Counted from the stretch's first letter, positions 21,501 through 32,000 are shown. The stretch: 32,000 bases of DNA from Candidatus Saccharimonadota bacterium (GCF_013365475.1 NZ_CP046579.1:600001-632000), one strand, 5' to 3'. The notes: generated by a model from the letters alone, not told the origin. A program made the numbers and translations.

Positions 21501-21606
21501 ATCAAAACTCTTACAATTTAACTCTAGAGGATTTTAGCATTAAATGTCAACTTGTTTTTGCTGATGTAATACATTACACTTCACTTTTAAAGTTTCCTAT
21601 CAACAT

Positions 21607-23631
21607 ATGAATCACATACCTTTAAAATCTATGGCAAATGCTATCCGCTTTTTGTCAGTTGATGCAGTAAAAAAAGCAAATTCTGGACACTTAGGTATGC
21701 CACTTGGTATGGCAGACATTGCAACAGTTCTGTTTGCTAAATATTTCAACCATAATCCTGACGATTATGAATGGTTCAATAGAGACCGTTTCATCTTATC
21801 AAACGGGCACGGTTCAATATTGCTATACTCTATATTATACCTGACTGGCTATATTAATATAGATGAATTAAAAAACTTTAGGCAATTTGCGTCTAAAACT
21901 CCAGGTCATCCAGAGTTTGGTCTAACTCCTGGTGTGGAGGCAACAACAGGTCCATTAGGGCAAGGATTAGCTATTTCAGTTGGCATGGCACTTGCTGAAT
22001 TGCTTCTCGAAAAGCAGCTCGGAATCAATCATTACACTTATGTAGTCCTAGGAGATGGCTGCCTGATGGAGGGAATAAGCCACGAAGCAGCATCACTTGC
22101 TGGACACCTTAAACTAAATAAGTTGATAGCATTTTTTGATGACAATGACACAACAATAGACGGTGCTACCAGCCTCTCTTGCTCTGATGATGTAGAGAAG
22201 CGGTTTTTATCATATAGATGGAATGTTGAAAAAATTGATGGACATGATTTTGATTCCATATCACTTGCAATTGAGCGAGCACAAAAGTCTGATGAACCTA
22301 CGCTAATCTGCTGCAAAACTATTATCGGGAAATTTTCAAAATATGCAGGTACGGCTTCTATTCATAGTGGTGCTCTTACAGAAGAAGATATAGAACAGAT
22401 GAGAGAAAAATTGAATTGGAGATACGAACCGTTTTACGTACCAGAAGATATAAAAGATGCCTGGATGAAGACAGTTAAGAGAGCAAAACAAAATTACAAT
22501 TCAGTGTCATTCCAGCATAGGACTGGCAAAAAAGAAGAACGGATTTCAGTACCCATCAACCTGACAACAGAAGCAGAATATAACATAGAACTTAAAAGAC
22601 GGCTAGATAAACGTTTACCAGATAATATTGAAAATGATCTAATAAACTTAAAGAAGCAAATACATAAAATAATGCCAAGTGAATCTACACGATCCTCTTT
22701 TGGTAAGGTAATGGAACTTTTAACTGGATCCATGCCAGAATTAGTTGGCGGTTCTTCCGACCTTACAGGGTCAAACTATACTAAATACAAGCATATGAAG
22801 ATAATAGATAGAGACCATTATAATGGTTCTTATCTCCACTATGGAGTGAGGGAGCACGCTATGGCAGCTTGTATGAATGGTATGGCTCTTCACGGTGGTA
22901 TTATACCTTATGGTGGTACTTTTTTAGTATTTTCTGACTACTGCCGTCCCGCTATACGCCTTTCAGCTCTGATGAAACAGCAGGTTATATATGTAATGAC
23001 TCACGATTCAATTGGAGTAGGAGAGGACGGACCTACTCATCAACCAATAGAACATCTATCTTCTCTTAGAGCCGTGCCAAATCTATATGTCTTTAGGCCA
23101 GCGGACGCAGTTGAAACTCTAGAATGCATTAGTATCGCATTGAAAAAAAAAGAGTCACCTGCATTGTTTGCGCTTTCAAGGCAAAACGTAAATTACATGC
23201 GCAAATTTCACTTTGATACTGATCAATCAAACAACCTATCAAACTTTGGTGCATATATTTTGTGTGAATACTTAAAAAAATTAGAAGTGACTATATTTGC
23301 TACTGGATCTGAAGTTGAAACTGCAGTTGAAGCAAGGAAAAAATTACAGGGGAAAGGCATAGACGCAAGAGTTGTTTCTATGCCATGCTGTAGGCTTTTT
23401 GATGAACAAAGTAGTGATTATAAAAAGGCAATATTAGATAATGACAGCATTAAAGTTGCAATTGAAGCTGGAAGTGAAATGGGCTGGCACAAATATATAG
23501 GTTCAAATGGTATATTTATTGGCATGAAAAGCTTTGGAGAATCAGCACCTTATAAAGTACTTTATAGATATTTCAATATTAATGCAGATTATGTAGTAAA
23601 GTGTGTCTGCAAGAGTATGGATTTCAAGTAA
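21607..23631 (+). CDS. tkt: Transketolase
   Basis: 674 aa. It has the N-terminal SGHLGMPLGMA and SNGHGS blocks, the thiamine-diphosphate motif GDGCLMEGISHEA, and the pyrimidine-binding block THDSIGVGEDGPTHQPIEHL. Confidence 0.95.
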   Translation: MNHIPLKSMANAIRFLSVDAVKKANSGHLGMPLGMADIATVLFAKYFNHNPDDYEWFNRDRFILSNGHGSILLYSILYLTGYINIDELKNFRQFASKTPGHPEFGLTPGVEATTGPLGQGLAISVGMALAELLLEKQLGINHYTYVVLGDGCLMEGISHEAASLAGHLKLNKLIAFFDDNDTTIDGATSLSCSDDVEKRFLSYRWNVEKIDGHDFDSISLAIERAQKSDEPTLICCKTIIGKFSKYAGTASIHSGALTEEDIEQMREKLNWRYEPFYVPEDIKDAWMKTVKRAKQNYNSVSFQHRTGKKEERISVPINLTTEAEYNIELKRRLDKRLPDNIENDLINLKKQIHKIMPSESTRSSFGKVMELLTGSMPELVGGSSDLTGSNYTKYKHMKIIDRDHYNGSYLHYGVREHAMAACMNGMALHGGIIPYGGTFLVFSDYCRPAIRLSALMKQQVIYVMTHDSIGVGEDGPTHQPIEHLSSLRAVPNLYVFRPADAVETLECISIALKKKESPALFALSRQNVNYMRKFHFDTDQSNNLSNFGAYILCEYLKKLEVTIFATGSEVETAVEARKKLQGKGIDARVVSMPCCRLFDEQSSDYKKAILDNDSIKVAIEAGSEMGWHKYIGSNGIFIGMKSFGESAPYKVLYRYFNINADYVVKCVCKSMDFK

Positions 23632-23967
23632 ATTTCTTAATTCGCTTATATTAAGTATTATACATCTTACCGCTTCAGCACATAAAGCTGCATTTTATGG
23701 ATATAATAACCTATAAATAATTATGATGCTAAAACTACTAACAAATTTTTTACCATGCCTCTTATAGTTCAGCTAAGAGCATCAAGGAAGCTTATTTTTA
23801 GATTAAATAGCAAAACTTAGCATATTTAGTCACATGTACACCATATGTTTCATACAATTTCTATTTTGAAGATATCAACAAAGGTTTAAATCCTCTCGTA
23901 AAGTATCAAGGCACAAAAAGACCAACATCTTGATTATGTGCCCTTTTCCAGTTATATAAGGGATTCA

Positions 23968-24801
23968 TTACCTAATAATAATGCATCTTTTCATTCCCAT
24001 GAAATCATACACGTACTCCTGAAAAGATAATCCATATGAAGGAATTATTTTATCAATATCACATTGATCTTCACCTATTTCCAATATCACAAATCCGTTT
24101 TTTCTAAGGCATTTTCTCAATACTGGAAAGATGCTTAAGTAACATCTTAAGCCATCAATACCACCATCAAGGGCAATTTTTGGTTCTTTTTGCACTTCAG
24201 CTTGTAGGGTTTTTAACTTGCTTCTTTTGATATACGGAGGATTACTTACTATAAGGTCAAATGAACCTTTGCATTTTGTCCATGAATTTGGAAGTATTTT
24301 AGCCCTACCAAATAAATTATGTTCCTTTACGTTTCGGTAGGCAACTTTATATGCTTTTAAACTCTTCTCAAAACCAACACCAATTGCATACTCATACTCA
24401 CTAAGCAAAGATATCAACAAGCAACCTGTACCTGTACCAAAATCTGCAATCTTTAACCTTTGCTTTCTATTTGGGTAACACTTTAATGCTGTCAAAATTA
24501 TTGTTTCACTATCCGGTCTTGGATCTAAAACATGACGATTAACTATAAAATTTTTACTCCAGAATTCACGCTTACCTATTATTTGTGATACTGGATGCCT
24601 TTCTGCTCTTTTTCTTATCAACTTCCAAAACAGGTGTTCCTTTTCGATTGGCACTTTATCAGCACGCTTTGTAATCAAAAATGATCTTTCTACATTAAGA
24701 ACATGCTGCATAATAATCTCACAATCCAAACATGGTGATTCAATTTTATGTGATAATAATAGTTTCGACCCTTCTTGAATCAAGGTACTGATTGTTTTCA
24801 T
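23968..24801 (-). CDS. prmC: Release-factor glutamine N5-methyltransferase PrmC (HemK)
   Basis: 277 aa. It has the SAM-binding DFGTGTGC and catalytic NPPY (VSNPPYI). The length is typical for full-length PrmC. Confidence 0.88.
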   Translation of the reverse strand: MKTISTLIQEGSKLLLSHKIESPCLDCEIIMQHVLNVERSFLITKRADKVPIEKEHLFWKLIRKRAERHPVSQIIGKREFWSKNFIVNRHVLDPRPDSETIILTALKCYPNRKQRLKIADFGTGTGCLLISLLSEYEYAIGVGFEKSLKAYKVAYRNVKEHNLFGRAKILPNSWTKCKGSFDLIVSNPPYIKRSKLKTLQAEVQKEPKIALDGGIDGLRCYLSIFPVLRKCLRKNGFVILEIGEDQCDIDKIIPSYGLSFQEYVYDFMGMKRCIIIR

Positions 24802-26356
24802 TGTTCTTAAGACTGTACTTTTTAATCATACTCAAACTACAATTTGGACATTCCAAAAAAACATCCCTCACATTATCCAAGTTGCTGATACTAAAATCTA
24901 ATATCTGCATTAAGATTAATTCTACCAAAGACAACACTCCTACTTATTATTAAGTCACTCAACTCAGTAAGTATAGCTAACTTAGTAACACAAGGTGTAT
25001 GTAAATACAAAACCTAAACTTAGTAACTGTGCTAAATTACACTATCAAATATTTACAACTTATTTACCTCACTTTGTTAACATGTATAACCCCCTCCTAG
25101 GTTCTGTTCAAGGATTCTCTATTCTCTTAGCTTGATATTTAATTTGCTCTGTCTTCTTAACAAGACTTAATAAAATTCTCATTAATCTACCTTGCTACAT
25201 GTGTAGACTTCTTGTTTCTCGCTAATAATTTCCCTAATACACATTCAACAGTCTTTCGTAAAGAACTCTTTCTAAGAGAGATACATCAGGTAAGTTAGTA
25301 GTTAGTATAGTAATTATGATAAGTGTAGGTGGATAATCTTCAATGTAAAAATTTAAGGTTCTTGCGTGAGAGGAAAGTGATTTCTCAAGTTTCTTCTGTG
25401 CCTTCTTCCACTGTATCTCGGACTTACTTATTCAATCTACCAGTTATAAGGTTGTCATGCTTCTATAAGATTAATTATCTACAATACTTCTTCTCCGACA
25501 CTAAGCATTGTGAAAACTCTTAACTCATGCTTGATAATACTACTAAGTAGTAGCTTTATTTTACCGCATTTTAGAGTATATTCCATTAAATAGACTGGTA
25601 TATAGCTTAACAAGAAACTTAGGAACTTAAACAAGTCCTCATTTATTACACAGATAACCTAATGTTCCAACATATTTTAGCACTTCTATAATACAAAAAT
25701 TCTCAATTTCTTCTATGTCAACTACGCATTATCAGTGAATTTCTTTAATCAATCCATTCCTTTTGATTTTTTCTTGAGTTTCTCATTTTTTGGTTCTGAG
25801 AAATTTTGGTTTATTCTCACTAAGACTTTACAAAAAGCCTTCCATGTACTTGTTTTTTCAACGTTAATGCCTCTTGAATCATTTTTCTCTTTAATTACTA
25901 GTCTTCATTCAGCACTAGATGCTTTAATTTTTGTAAAAGCATTACTGCAAGTACTTCAGTAGGATTGCAAAATGCATTACAACACATTTAGTTGATTATC
26001 AACATATCCCATTACAAAATAATTGACAAGCAGTCACAAATTACGTTTTAATAAATTTGCTTATTCTTATACTCTAAATGCTAGAATAGTATAGGGTTTT
26101 TAATCACCAGCTGCTTACGCTATTCTGTTATTTTATTATTTCTATAATAGAATGGCCTTCTAATTTTGATTATGTATATAATATCAATTCGATACCATCA
26201 TACATAACAAAAGTGTAAAACTTAGCACTTAACTTTCACTTACTAGTTACTATAAGTTAGTATGTGGAAATATGTAAATACCATATTAGTTTTTCTGTAT
26301 TAAAACTTTAACTCTCAGCTCATCATCAGTAATATTGCTATATAAATAACTACATC

Positions 26357-28348
26357 ATGTCTGAATTCGGGAATATATCACTATTAGTAGCCTGCCTATT
26401 ATCCTTAACATATCTATTTCTACCAATTAGTTCCTATAGATCTATCACCATTACTTTGTTTTTCTGTGTATCAACATCAATGGTTATTTTGATTTACTGC
26501 CATATTATAAATGACTTTTCTCTTGAAAACGTATACTATCACTCCCATACAACAAAGCCTTTAATTTACAAAATCTGTGGTGTTTGGGGAAATAAGGAAG
26601 GTTCTATGTTGCTTTGGACTTTAGTGCTTACCTTTTACCTGTTACTTATGGACATTTTCATCGATAACAGCAGTAAATTAAAGAAGATATCTTTAATCGT
26701 TCAAAGCTTGATTTGCTTCTGCTTTTTATTGTTTACTCTATTTGAATCTAATCCATTTATTAAAATGCTAAATATCAAAATAGACGGACTTGGGTTTAAT
26801 CCGATACTGCAAGATATAGGTCTTGCAATTCACCCACCAATATTATACTTAGGGTATCTTGGGTTTAGTGTTCCTTTCTCGGTTTCTATAGCTGGATTAA
26901 TTATAAATACTGAAGGAAGTGTTTGGGCTGTAATTATCAGGCCTTGGGTGCTTATTTCTTGGTCGTTACTCACTCTTGGCATTAGCCTTGGTAGTTGGTG
27001 GGCATACCGTGAACTCGGTTGGGGTGGATTTTGGTTCTGGGATCCAGTAGAAAATGTTTCCTTGATGCCTTGGTTGATTGGAATAGCACTGATACATCTG
27101 TTGTCCGTAGTACGAAATTTCAACGTCTTAAGGAATTTCGCTATTTCGCTAGCACTAACAACTTTTATACTAAGCATAGTAGGAACATTTCTAATTCGCT
27201 CAGGAATACTAACCTCAGTACATACGTTTGCAAATGATCCGAGGCATGGTCTCTATATACTATCCTTACTTGGCGTAATTGCAACCAGCAGTTTAGTAAT
27301 ATTTACAGTGTGTACAAGAAAAACTTATATATCTCCATTATCATCCAAATACTTGACGCTGAAATCCATAGAAAAAGGAAACATGAAACATGGTAGTCAA
27401 GCTAATCAAGCACTGAAGTATAGAAGACTTTTTTCACGCTTTACAATGATATTGATAAACAACTTATTGTTCATCACTGCATTTTTCACAGTATTTGTTG
27501 GCACCTTATACCCTGCAATACTTGAATATTTGACTGGTGAACTCATTTCAGTTGGGGCACCATACTACAACTTTTTATTTAACCCTATCATGCTGGCTGT
27601 TTTAGTGTTTACTATGATAGGTCAATACTGCAGTTGGAATGGAAACAGTCTATTACCAATGCTTCATGAATATAAATTCTCATTCTGTAGCGCTGCAGCT
27701 ATTTTACCATTTATCTTCCATATGAAACCAATGATTGTACTATCAATTACCATTTCTACATCATTGCTAGTTTTTATTTTAGAAGCATATAGTAAAAAAA
27801 TCAGCCTATTTAAGGTTAGGCTGAGCAAATCAATTTTACTAGCAAAAAAAATTCCTAGGGCCCATTATGCAATGATGATAGCTCATGCTGGAGTAGCAAT
27901 TTTAGTACTTGGTATATCCTACTCAGTCGGTTGGCAAGAAAGAAAAGAAAACTACTTAAAAATAGGCGATAGTATAACAGTCAATAAATTCAGAATCACT
28001 TTACGAAATATTGAGCTAATAAAGGAGAAAAATTTCCAAGCAGTAAGAGGTACAATAGATATTAAGAATCTAATGAATAACAAAATGTTAGGTAAAGTAA
28101 CTCCTGAATACAGGTTCTACCTTGTAGAAGGTAAAAAAAATGTTGAAAGCAGTATTTATCACAATTTATTTTATGATATTTACGTTATAATTGGTAAAAT
28201 CAATAAGAACAAGATCGCTACTAAAGTATACTATAAACCTGGGATGTCTATAATCTGGCTTGGATCTCTCCTCATCGTTTTTGGCTCGCTTCTTGCTGCT
28301 ACTTCTCTTGGTAAACAGGCAAATTGCCTAGCCTCAGCCCATGTCTAG
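26357..28348 (+). CDS. ccmF: Cytochrome c-type biogenesis protein CcmF (heme lyase component)
   Basis: 663 aa polytopic membrane protein. It carries the WWD heme-handling motif (WGGFWFWDPVEN) and the conserved flanking His residues. Confidence 0.92.
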   Translation: MSEFGNISLLVACLLSLTYLFLPISSYRSITITLFFCVSTSMVILIYCHIINDFSLENVYYHSHTTKPLIYKICGVWGNKEGSMLLWTLVLTFYLLLMDIFIDNSSKLKKISLIVQSLICFCFLLFTLFESNPFIKMLNIKIDGLGFNPILQDIGLAIHPPILYLGYLGFSVPFSVSIAGLIINTEGSVWAVIIRPWVLISWSLLTLGISLGSWWAYRELGWGGFWFWDPVENVSLMPWLIGIALIHLLSVVRNFNVLRNFAISLALTTFILSIVGTFLIRSGILTSVHTFANDPRHGLYILSLLGVIATSSLVIFTVCTRKTYISPLSSKYLTLKSIEKGNMKHGSQANQALKYRRLFSRFTMILINNLLFITAFFTVFVGTLYPAILEYLTGELISVGAPYYNFLFNPIMLAVLVFTMIGQYCSWNGNSLLPMLHEYKFSFCSAAAILPFIFHMKPMIVLSITISTSLLVFILEAYSKKISLFKVRLSKSILLAKKIPRAHYAMMIAHAGVAILVLGISYSVGWQERKENYLKIGDSITVNKFRITLRNIELIKEKNFQAVRGTIDIKNLMNNKMLGKVTPEYRFYLVEGKKNVESSIYHNLFYDIYVIIGKINKNKIATKVYYKPGMSIIWLGSLLIVFGSLLAATSLGKQANCLASAHV

Positions 28349-29534
28349 CATGATTATGCTAAGAAAGTTTATATAAATTTAATCAAGAAAGTGAGGATAA
28401 TAAGCATCCAAATGATCAGAACAAAAATCTCATATAGCCACAACTGTAGTATATAACTATCCTAGGATAGGAAGATGTAAAAATTAATATAATATGAAAA
28501 GTATTATGGTAAAATACAGTGATTCATATAGATATGAGCAGCTTTAATGATAGCAATAGTAAAAAAAGCATACTGATGCTATAAAAAATAGAGAAATATA
28601 TCATAAAAATGAAATACTGAATGTTAATATAAAATATGTTCATGTTTAGATAGAACTTGAAAAATAAAACTGAAATACTAAACCTACAAGAGGGAGATAA
28701 AATTTAACATAACCTCTATCTCAATAAAAGTTATTAATTGATATTGAAAATCCACTTCTTGTACAGAAGCATAAAAAGAAAATTGCTTTTTAATGGTTCA
28801 ACACAAGAAAAACATCTAAAAAATAAGGCCTGATCATCACAGGTTAGTTCTTAAATTAAGAGAATATGTTCTAGATAATGAAAGAAGTAATACAAGAAGT
28901 GACAAAAAAATAACAGAAGAGGATTAACCGAAGCAGAATTTACCAGTAACATTATTTGCCAAACACAAGATGCTAGCTGATAAATATGATAATAAAGGTA
29001 AAAGCGTATGTATGTTACACACCTTAAGCTACAGGAAAAAGATAAGATCTGGAGAATAATGGGATATATTCGAGAAAACTTAGTAAGGTTAAAACATCAC
29101 AATAATAGACACAAAAATATAAAAATTGGCTAGTTTTCTTTAAGTTAACATACTAGATGTTATGTAAAGGAAACACTAATAGTTAGGATTCTAACATTTA
29201 ATAATTTAGAAAGAAATTGTCATAAAGATAATGATTCTGGAAAAGAGAAAGGTCATCAAGGCTAATTAAGATGGTATTAAAATTAGTAGCTAAGATTCAC
29301 AGATAAATCAGATATATTGGTAGACCTTTTACTAAAAAGGCAGTCTTAAAAAGAGAAAATCTTAATTATTTTTTTTATATTAAGTATTCCTTAACACTAT
29401 TTCTTGAGCAATAAACCATATGACCAGGAACTGAACTGCTTGATTATAAAAAGGCAAGATTTAACACATTTTACTATAAAATAAGCTAGCAGGTCTTTTA
29501 AAAAGTATATAAAATTCAAATTTAAATAAAGAAC

Positions 29535-30422
29535 GTGGCGATTAGATTCATTTCAAGCAACTTCAATATTAAATTTTATAAATACAGGAAACTTACTACG
29601 CTAGTTAGTAGCATTCTAACCATTTTTTCAATATTCACTGTCATATTACGTGGAGTGAATTTAGGTATAGATTTTACTGGAGGAATTTTAATGGAAATAA
29701 AGTCTTCAAATGAGGATCATGTCATTCTTAATATATTAAAAGAAAACAGCTTTACAGTACAGAGCTCAAAAGCAGGTAACAATTTAATCATGTATCTAAA
29801 AGATGAAGGAAGTGAAGATAAAATAAAAAAAATAAAAAACATACTAGAAAAAAAACTAGGTAGTTCAATAAGTTACCGTAAAGTAGACTATGTTGGTCCA
29901 CAAATGGGCTCGTCACAGGTATTTGAAGGGATATTATCCATATTAATTGCGCTTATTGGAATATTCTGCTACGTTTGGTTTAGGTTTAATTGGCAATGTG
30001 GATTTGGTGGTGTAATAGCACTGATCCATGACACGATTTTAACTATTGGTTTTATTAGTTTAACTGGCATTGAGTTTAATACTTCATCAGTTGCAGCTCT
30101 TCTTACTGTAATTGGTTATTCGATCAATAATTCAGTAGTCATGTATGACAGAATTCGAGAATTTCAGAAAAACAGTAAAGAGAAAAATATAAGTGAGATA
30201 GTAGATGCAAGCATTAATGCTACACTATTCCGTACTGTTTTGACCTCAGCTACAACCTTAATTGCTGTTCTTCCTTTGACATTAATTTGTACAGGGACAG
30301 TCAGAGACTTTAGTTTAGTTACATTTTTTGGCATTTTCATTGGCACTTGCTCTGCAATATTTATCTCTGCTCCTATACTGACCTGTAGAACTTTAATAAA
30401 AAGGCTTACAGTGCAGTATTAG
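29535..30422 (+). CDS. secF: Protein translocase subunit SecF
   Basis: 295 aa with a GTG start. SecD/F family blocks are present: LGIDFTGG, six predicted TM segments, and [15 protein letters not shown] (the iNDxIVxfDRIRE block). No secD is adjacent. Confidence 0.88.
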   Translation: MAIRFISSNFNIKFYKYRKLTTLVSSILTIFSIFTVILRGVNLGIDFTGGILMEIKSSNEDHVILNILKENSFTVQSSKAGNNLIMYLKDEGSEDKIKKIKNILEKKLGSSISYRKVDYVGPQMGSSQVFEGILSILIALIGIFCYVWFRFNWQCGFGGVIALIHDTILTIGFISLTGIEFNTSSVAALLTVIGYSINNSVVMYDRIREFQKNSKEKNISEIVDASINATLFRTVLTSATTLIAVLPLTLICTGTVRDFSLVTFFGIFIGTCSAIFISAPILTCRTLIKRLTVQY

Positions 30423-31022
30423 CTTATTATCACTCATAGTTAGTGAAATGAGCGACTACAATTCATCTCAAATAGTAAGTGAAGAAAATCGATTAATGCT
30501 TGCATATCATCAACTAAAAATTCCTTATTTTAGCTTAGGTATTTGAACTACTCTAATTTTTACTAGATCCTTTACAGTTTCACATATTTCAAATTTTGAA
30601 TATTTTCATAAGGCTCAATCTAATATAAATGTATTTTTTTGTAATAGAAAAACTTTACTGCAATGCTGATAAGCAAAAGCATTGTACTTATATAACAACT
30701 ACCTCTAGCTTAGCTATTAAAGCATCCATACTACATGATTCTGTGAATTTAGTGCCATTCATTACTTTAAACCTTTTCTTTAAAATTTGGAGGGTATTTT
30801 GAAAAATCTACTTTCGGTATACCATAACCGACAAGCACTACAGTAATAACCAAGCAAGATAAATAGGCCTTTATTGCGTTCATATTTGTAAAATACGAAA
30901 TTATTACAATAAATTATAAAGATCTCATTAATAGAGAGTCATCATTAAATAATGAGTATGTCTTATTGTTTTAGTATAATATTTAATATAGACTCTAAGA
31001 AAGTGCATTTAGCTTAAATTTT

Positions 31023-32000
31023 ATGTCAGAAGCAAAAAATCTAATTCTAGCAGCTATCTTTTCCGTATTGATCATAGTATCTTGGCGTATTATTTATGAA
31101 AATTTCCTCAATATAGAACAAAATCACCTATCAACTAAAAGTACCGAATACATAGAATCTCTCAACGACCTTGCTCCTATAATACACCAAAAGCGTTCAG
31201 AAATTATTAATTCTACTCAAAAGCAAAGGGTTAACTTAATTAATAATATGGTCAAAGGGTCACTTTCTTTAAAAGGTGCCAGGTTTGATGATCTAATCCT
31301 AACCAATTATCACATGGAGCTAAACTCTTCCTCTCCACAAGTAGCACTCCTATCACCTGCAGAATCAAAAGATGCATATTTTGCAGAGTTTGGATGGCTT
31401 GATCCAAGCGGTAAAATCAAAATTCCAGATTCTAAAACAGTTTGGCAAACTGATGACACTGAACTAACTAACCAAAAAGAGGTTAATTTATCTTGGGATA
31501 ATAAAAATGGCATCTTATTTAAAACAAAAGTTAGCCTTGATAACAGTTACATGTTTAAAATTGAACAAGTTGTCGAAAACAATACAAATGATAACATAAT
31601 CTTGGTTCCTTACGGTAAAATTAACCGAAAACGCGATAATATTAACGAATCTTATTGGATATCGCATGAAGGAGTATTAGGAACATTTGATAATAAACTA
31701 GAGGAGTGGACGTATAAGGATATTGCTAAGAAGCGTTTTATAAGGGCAAGCACAAGTAAAAAGAATTGGTTTGGTTTTGCTGATAAATATTGGCTTACAG
31801 CCATTATAACTGAGAAGCCTGACAAAATAAATGTCAGCATCAAACATACAAATATTAATGATATTGACAAATTTCAAGCAGATTTTATCAAGTCTTATAA
31901 GAGTATTCTTCCTGGAACAAGCATCTCTAATGTCAATTACTTTTTTGCTGGAGCAAAAAAATTAAGTCTACTTGATTATTACAAGAGCGTCCTCAATATA
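31023..32000 (+). CDS. yidC: Membrane protein insertase YidC, N-terminal part (continues past the right edge of the window)
   Basis: Absent from the ORF track because it has no stop in the window. It is open from the ATG at 31023 for 326 codons to the window end. [25 protein letters not shown] is the N-terminal TM anchor. A large periplasmic beta-sandwich-type region follows ([45 protein letters not shown]). Confidence 0.88.
   Translation, partial: MSEAKNLILAAIFSVLIIVSWRIIYENFLNIEQNHLSTKSTEYIESLNDLAPIIHQKRSEIINSTQKQRVNLINNMVKGSLSLKGARFDDLILTNYHMELNSSSPQVALLSPAESKDAYFAEFGWLDPSGKIKIPDSKTVWQTDDTELTNQKEVNLSWDNKNGILFKTKVSLDNSYMFKIEQVVENNTNDNIILVPYGKINRKRDNINESYWISHEGVLGTFDNKLEEWTYKDIAKKRFIRASTSKKNWFGFADKYWLTAIITEKPDKINVSIKHTNINDIDKFQADFIKSYKSILPGTSISNVNYFFAGAKKLSLLDYYKSVLNI

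Noticed and set aside
23143-23151. Homopolymer tracts inside coding sequence: A9 in tkt (23143-23151), A8 in ccmF near 28133-28140, and several A7-A8 runs in secF.
   Set aside because: All are in frame as Lys codons in intact genes and are expected in a ~30% GC genome. There is no sign of phase-variable frameshifting in this sequence.
23758-23785. tRNA-like fragment in the tkt-prmC spacer (TAGTTCAGCTAAGAGCA resembles a D arm, with stem ctctta/taagag).
   Set aside because: No anticodon stem, T arm (no TTCGA/TTCAA loop with flanking stem) or matching acceptor 3' half follows. At most it is a 6-bp hairpin.
23910-23942. Candidate terminator hairpins: GGCACA...TGTGCC (23910-23942) between convergent tkt and prmC, and TAGCAT-gatt-ATGCTA spanning the ccmF stop (28346-28361).
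   Set aside because: The first has 6-bp AT-containing stems with a 21-nt loop, and neither has a following U-tract. They are too weak to call intrinsic terminators.
24746-24937. 63-aa ORF (contains CPNC) upstream of and overlapping the prmC start by 56 nt.
   Set aside because: It has a GTG start, a different frame from prmC, a single CxxC only and no domain I recognise. PrmC at 277 aa is already full length, so this is not a frameshifted N-terminus. It is possibly a relic, but unsupported as a gene.
25081-25098. Perfect AGGAGG (minus strand, 25098-25093) 9 nt upstream of an ATG (25083), the strongest Shine-Dalgarno-like site in the window.
   Set aside because: The ORF it would drive is only 4 codons (MLTK-stop) and lies about 290 nt upstream of prmC. 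A leader mini-ORF is conceivable, but there is no supporting structure or conservation evidence.
25328-25336. Possible replication origin. Gene orientation switches from mostly minus to all plus around the 1.4-kb spacer, which holds a DnaA-box-like TTATCCACC (reverse strand, 8/9 match). The G/C bias of the flanking spacers also flips.
   Set aside because: There is only one near-consensus box, and similar 7-8/9 matches occur elsewhere (e.g. 5203-5211). I found no TTAA-N7-TTAA CtrA sites. As I recall, published Anaplasmataceae origin predictions place ori between hemE and a tlyC/CBS-domain gene, not here. The + strand purine-rich spacer at 7178-7536 breaks the simple mirror pattern. Whole-genome cumulative skew would settle it.
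25368-25378. gagaggaaagt, reminiscent of the RNase P RNA CR-I motif GAGGAAAGUCC.
   Set aside because: The match ends before the essential UCCGGGC, and no surrounding helices are evident. I also found no tmRNA, SRP RNA or rRNA signatures in any spacer.
25329-25962. Track ORFs 25329-25523 (64 aa) and 25735-25962 (75 aa) in the prmC-ccmF spacer.
   Set aside because: Both use GTG starts on a strand that is about 73% pyrimidine, where purine-rich stop codons are rare by chance. The products are F/L/S-rich with no motif. I treat them as compositional artefacts (see the spacer finding).
1-32000. Whole-window search for CRISPR arrays, IS or transposase genes, integrases, phage genes, toxin-antitoxin pairs, restriction-modification or other defence genes, and large tandem or dispersed repeats.
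   Set aside because: None found. No spaced direct-repeat arrays, no terminal inverted repeats flanking any segment, and every ORF over 100 aa outside known genes is an antisense artefact.

Overview
This is an AT-rich (about 30% GC by eye) core-chromosome segment of a reduced alphaproteobacterium. Gene content points to Anaplasmataceae, Ehrlichia-like, with Wolbachia not excluded: tig-clpP-clpX-lon cluster, PleD-type diguanylate cyclase, ~1580-aa NAD-glutamate dehydrogenase, CcmF, and transketolase (which I recall Rickettsia lacks). I call 22 protein genes and 2 tRNA-Leu genes, about 82% coding. Two genes are cut by the window edges and so are missing from the ORF track: lon on the left and yidC on the right. 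Every gene is housekeeping (proteostasis, lipoate and redox metabolism, Sec/Tat/YidC export, cytochrome c maturation, ribosomal proteins). I found no CRISPR array, IS or transposon, prophage, defence island or unexplained multi-gene cassette, and I do not think this window holds a novel system. The items worth a second look are modest. Unusually long gene-free spacers (1.4 kb, 1.2 kb, 0.6 kb, 0.54 kb) show strong purine/pyrimidine strand asymmetry, suggesting fossil genes or unannotated transcripts. A GC-enriched ~115-nt island with nested inverted repeats lies just downstream of pleD. clpB, gdh, a tatB-like gene and pleD form a very tight string with a 29-nt overlap. A 12-bp in-frame tandem duplication sits in the tatB-like tail. 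An intact murG is present in a lineage reported to have lost most peptidoglycan genes. All functional calls rest on motif and family recognition from the translations, with no database search.
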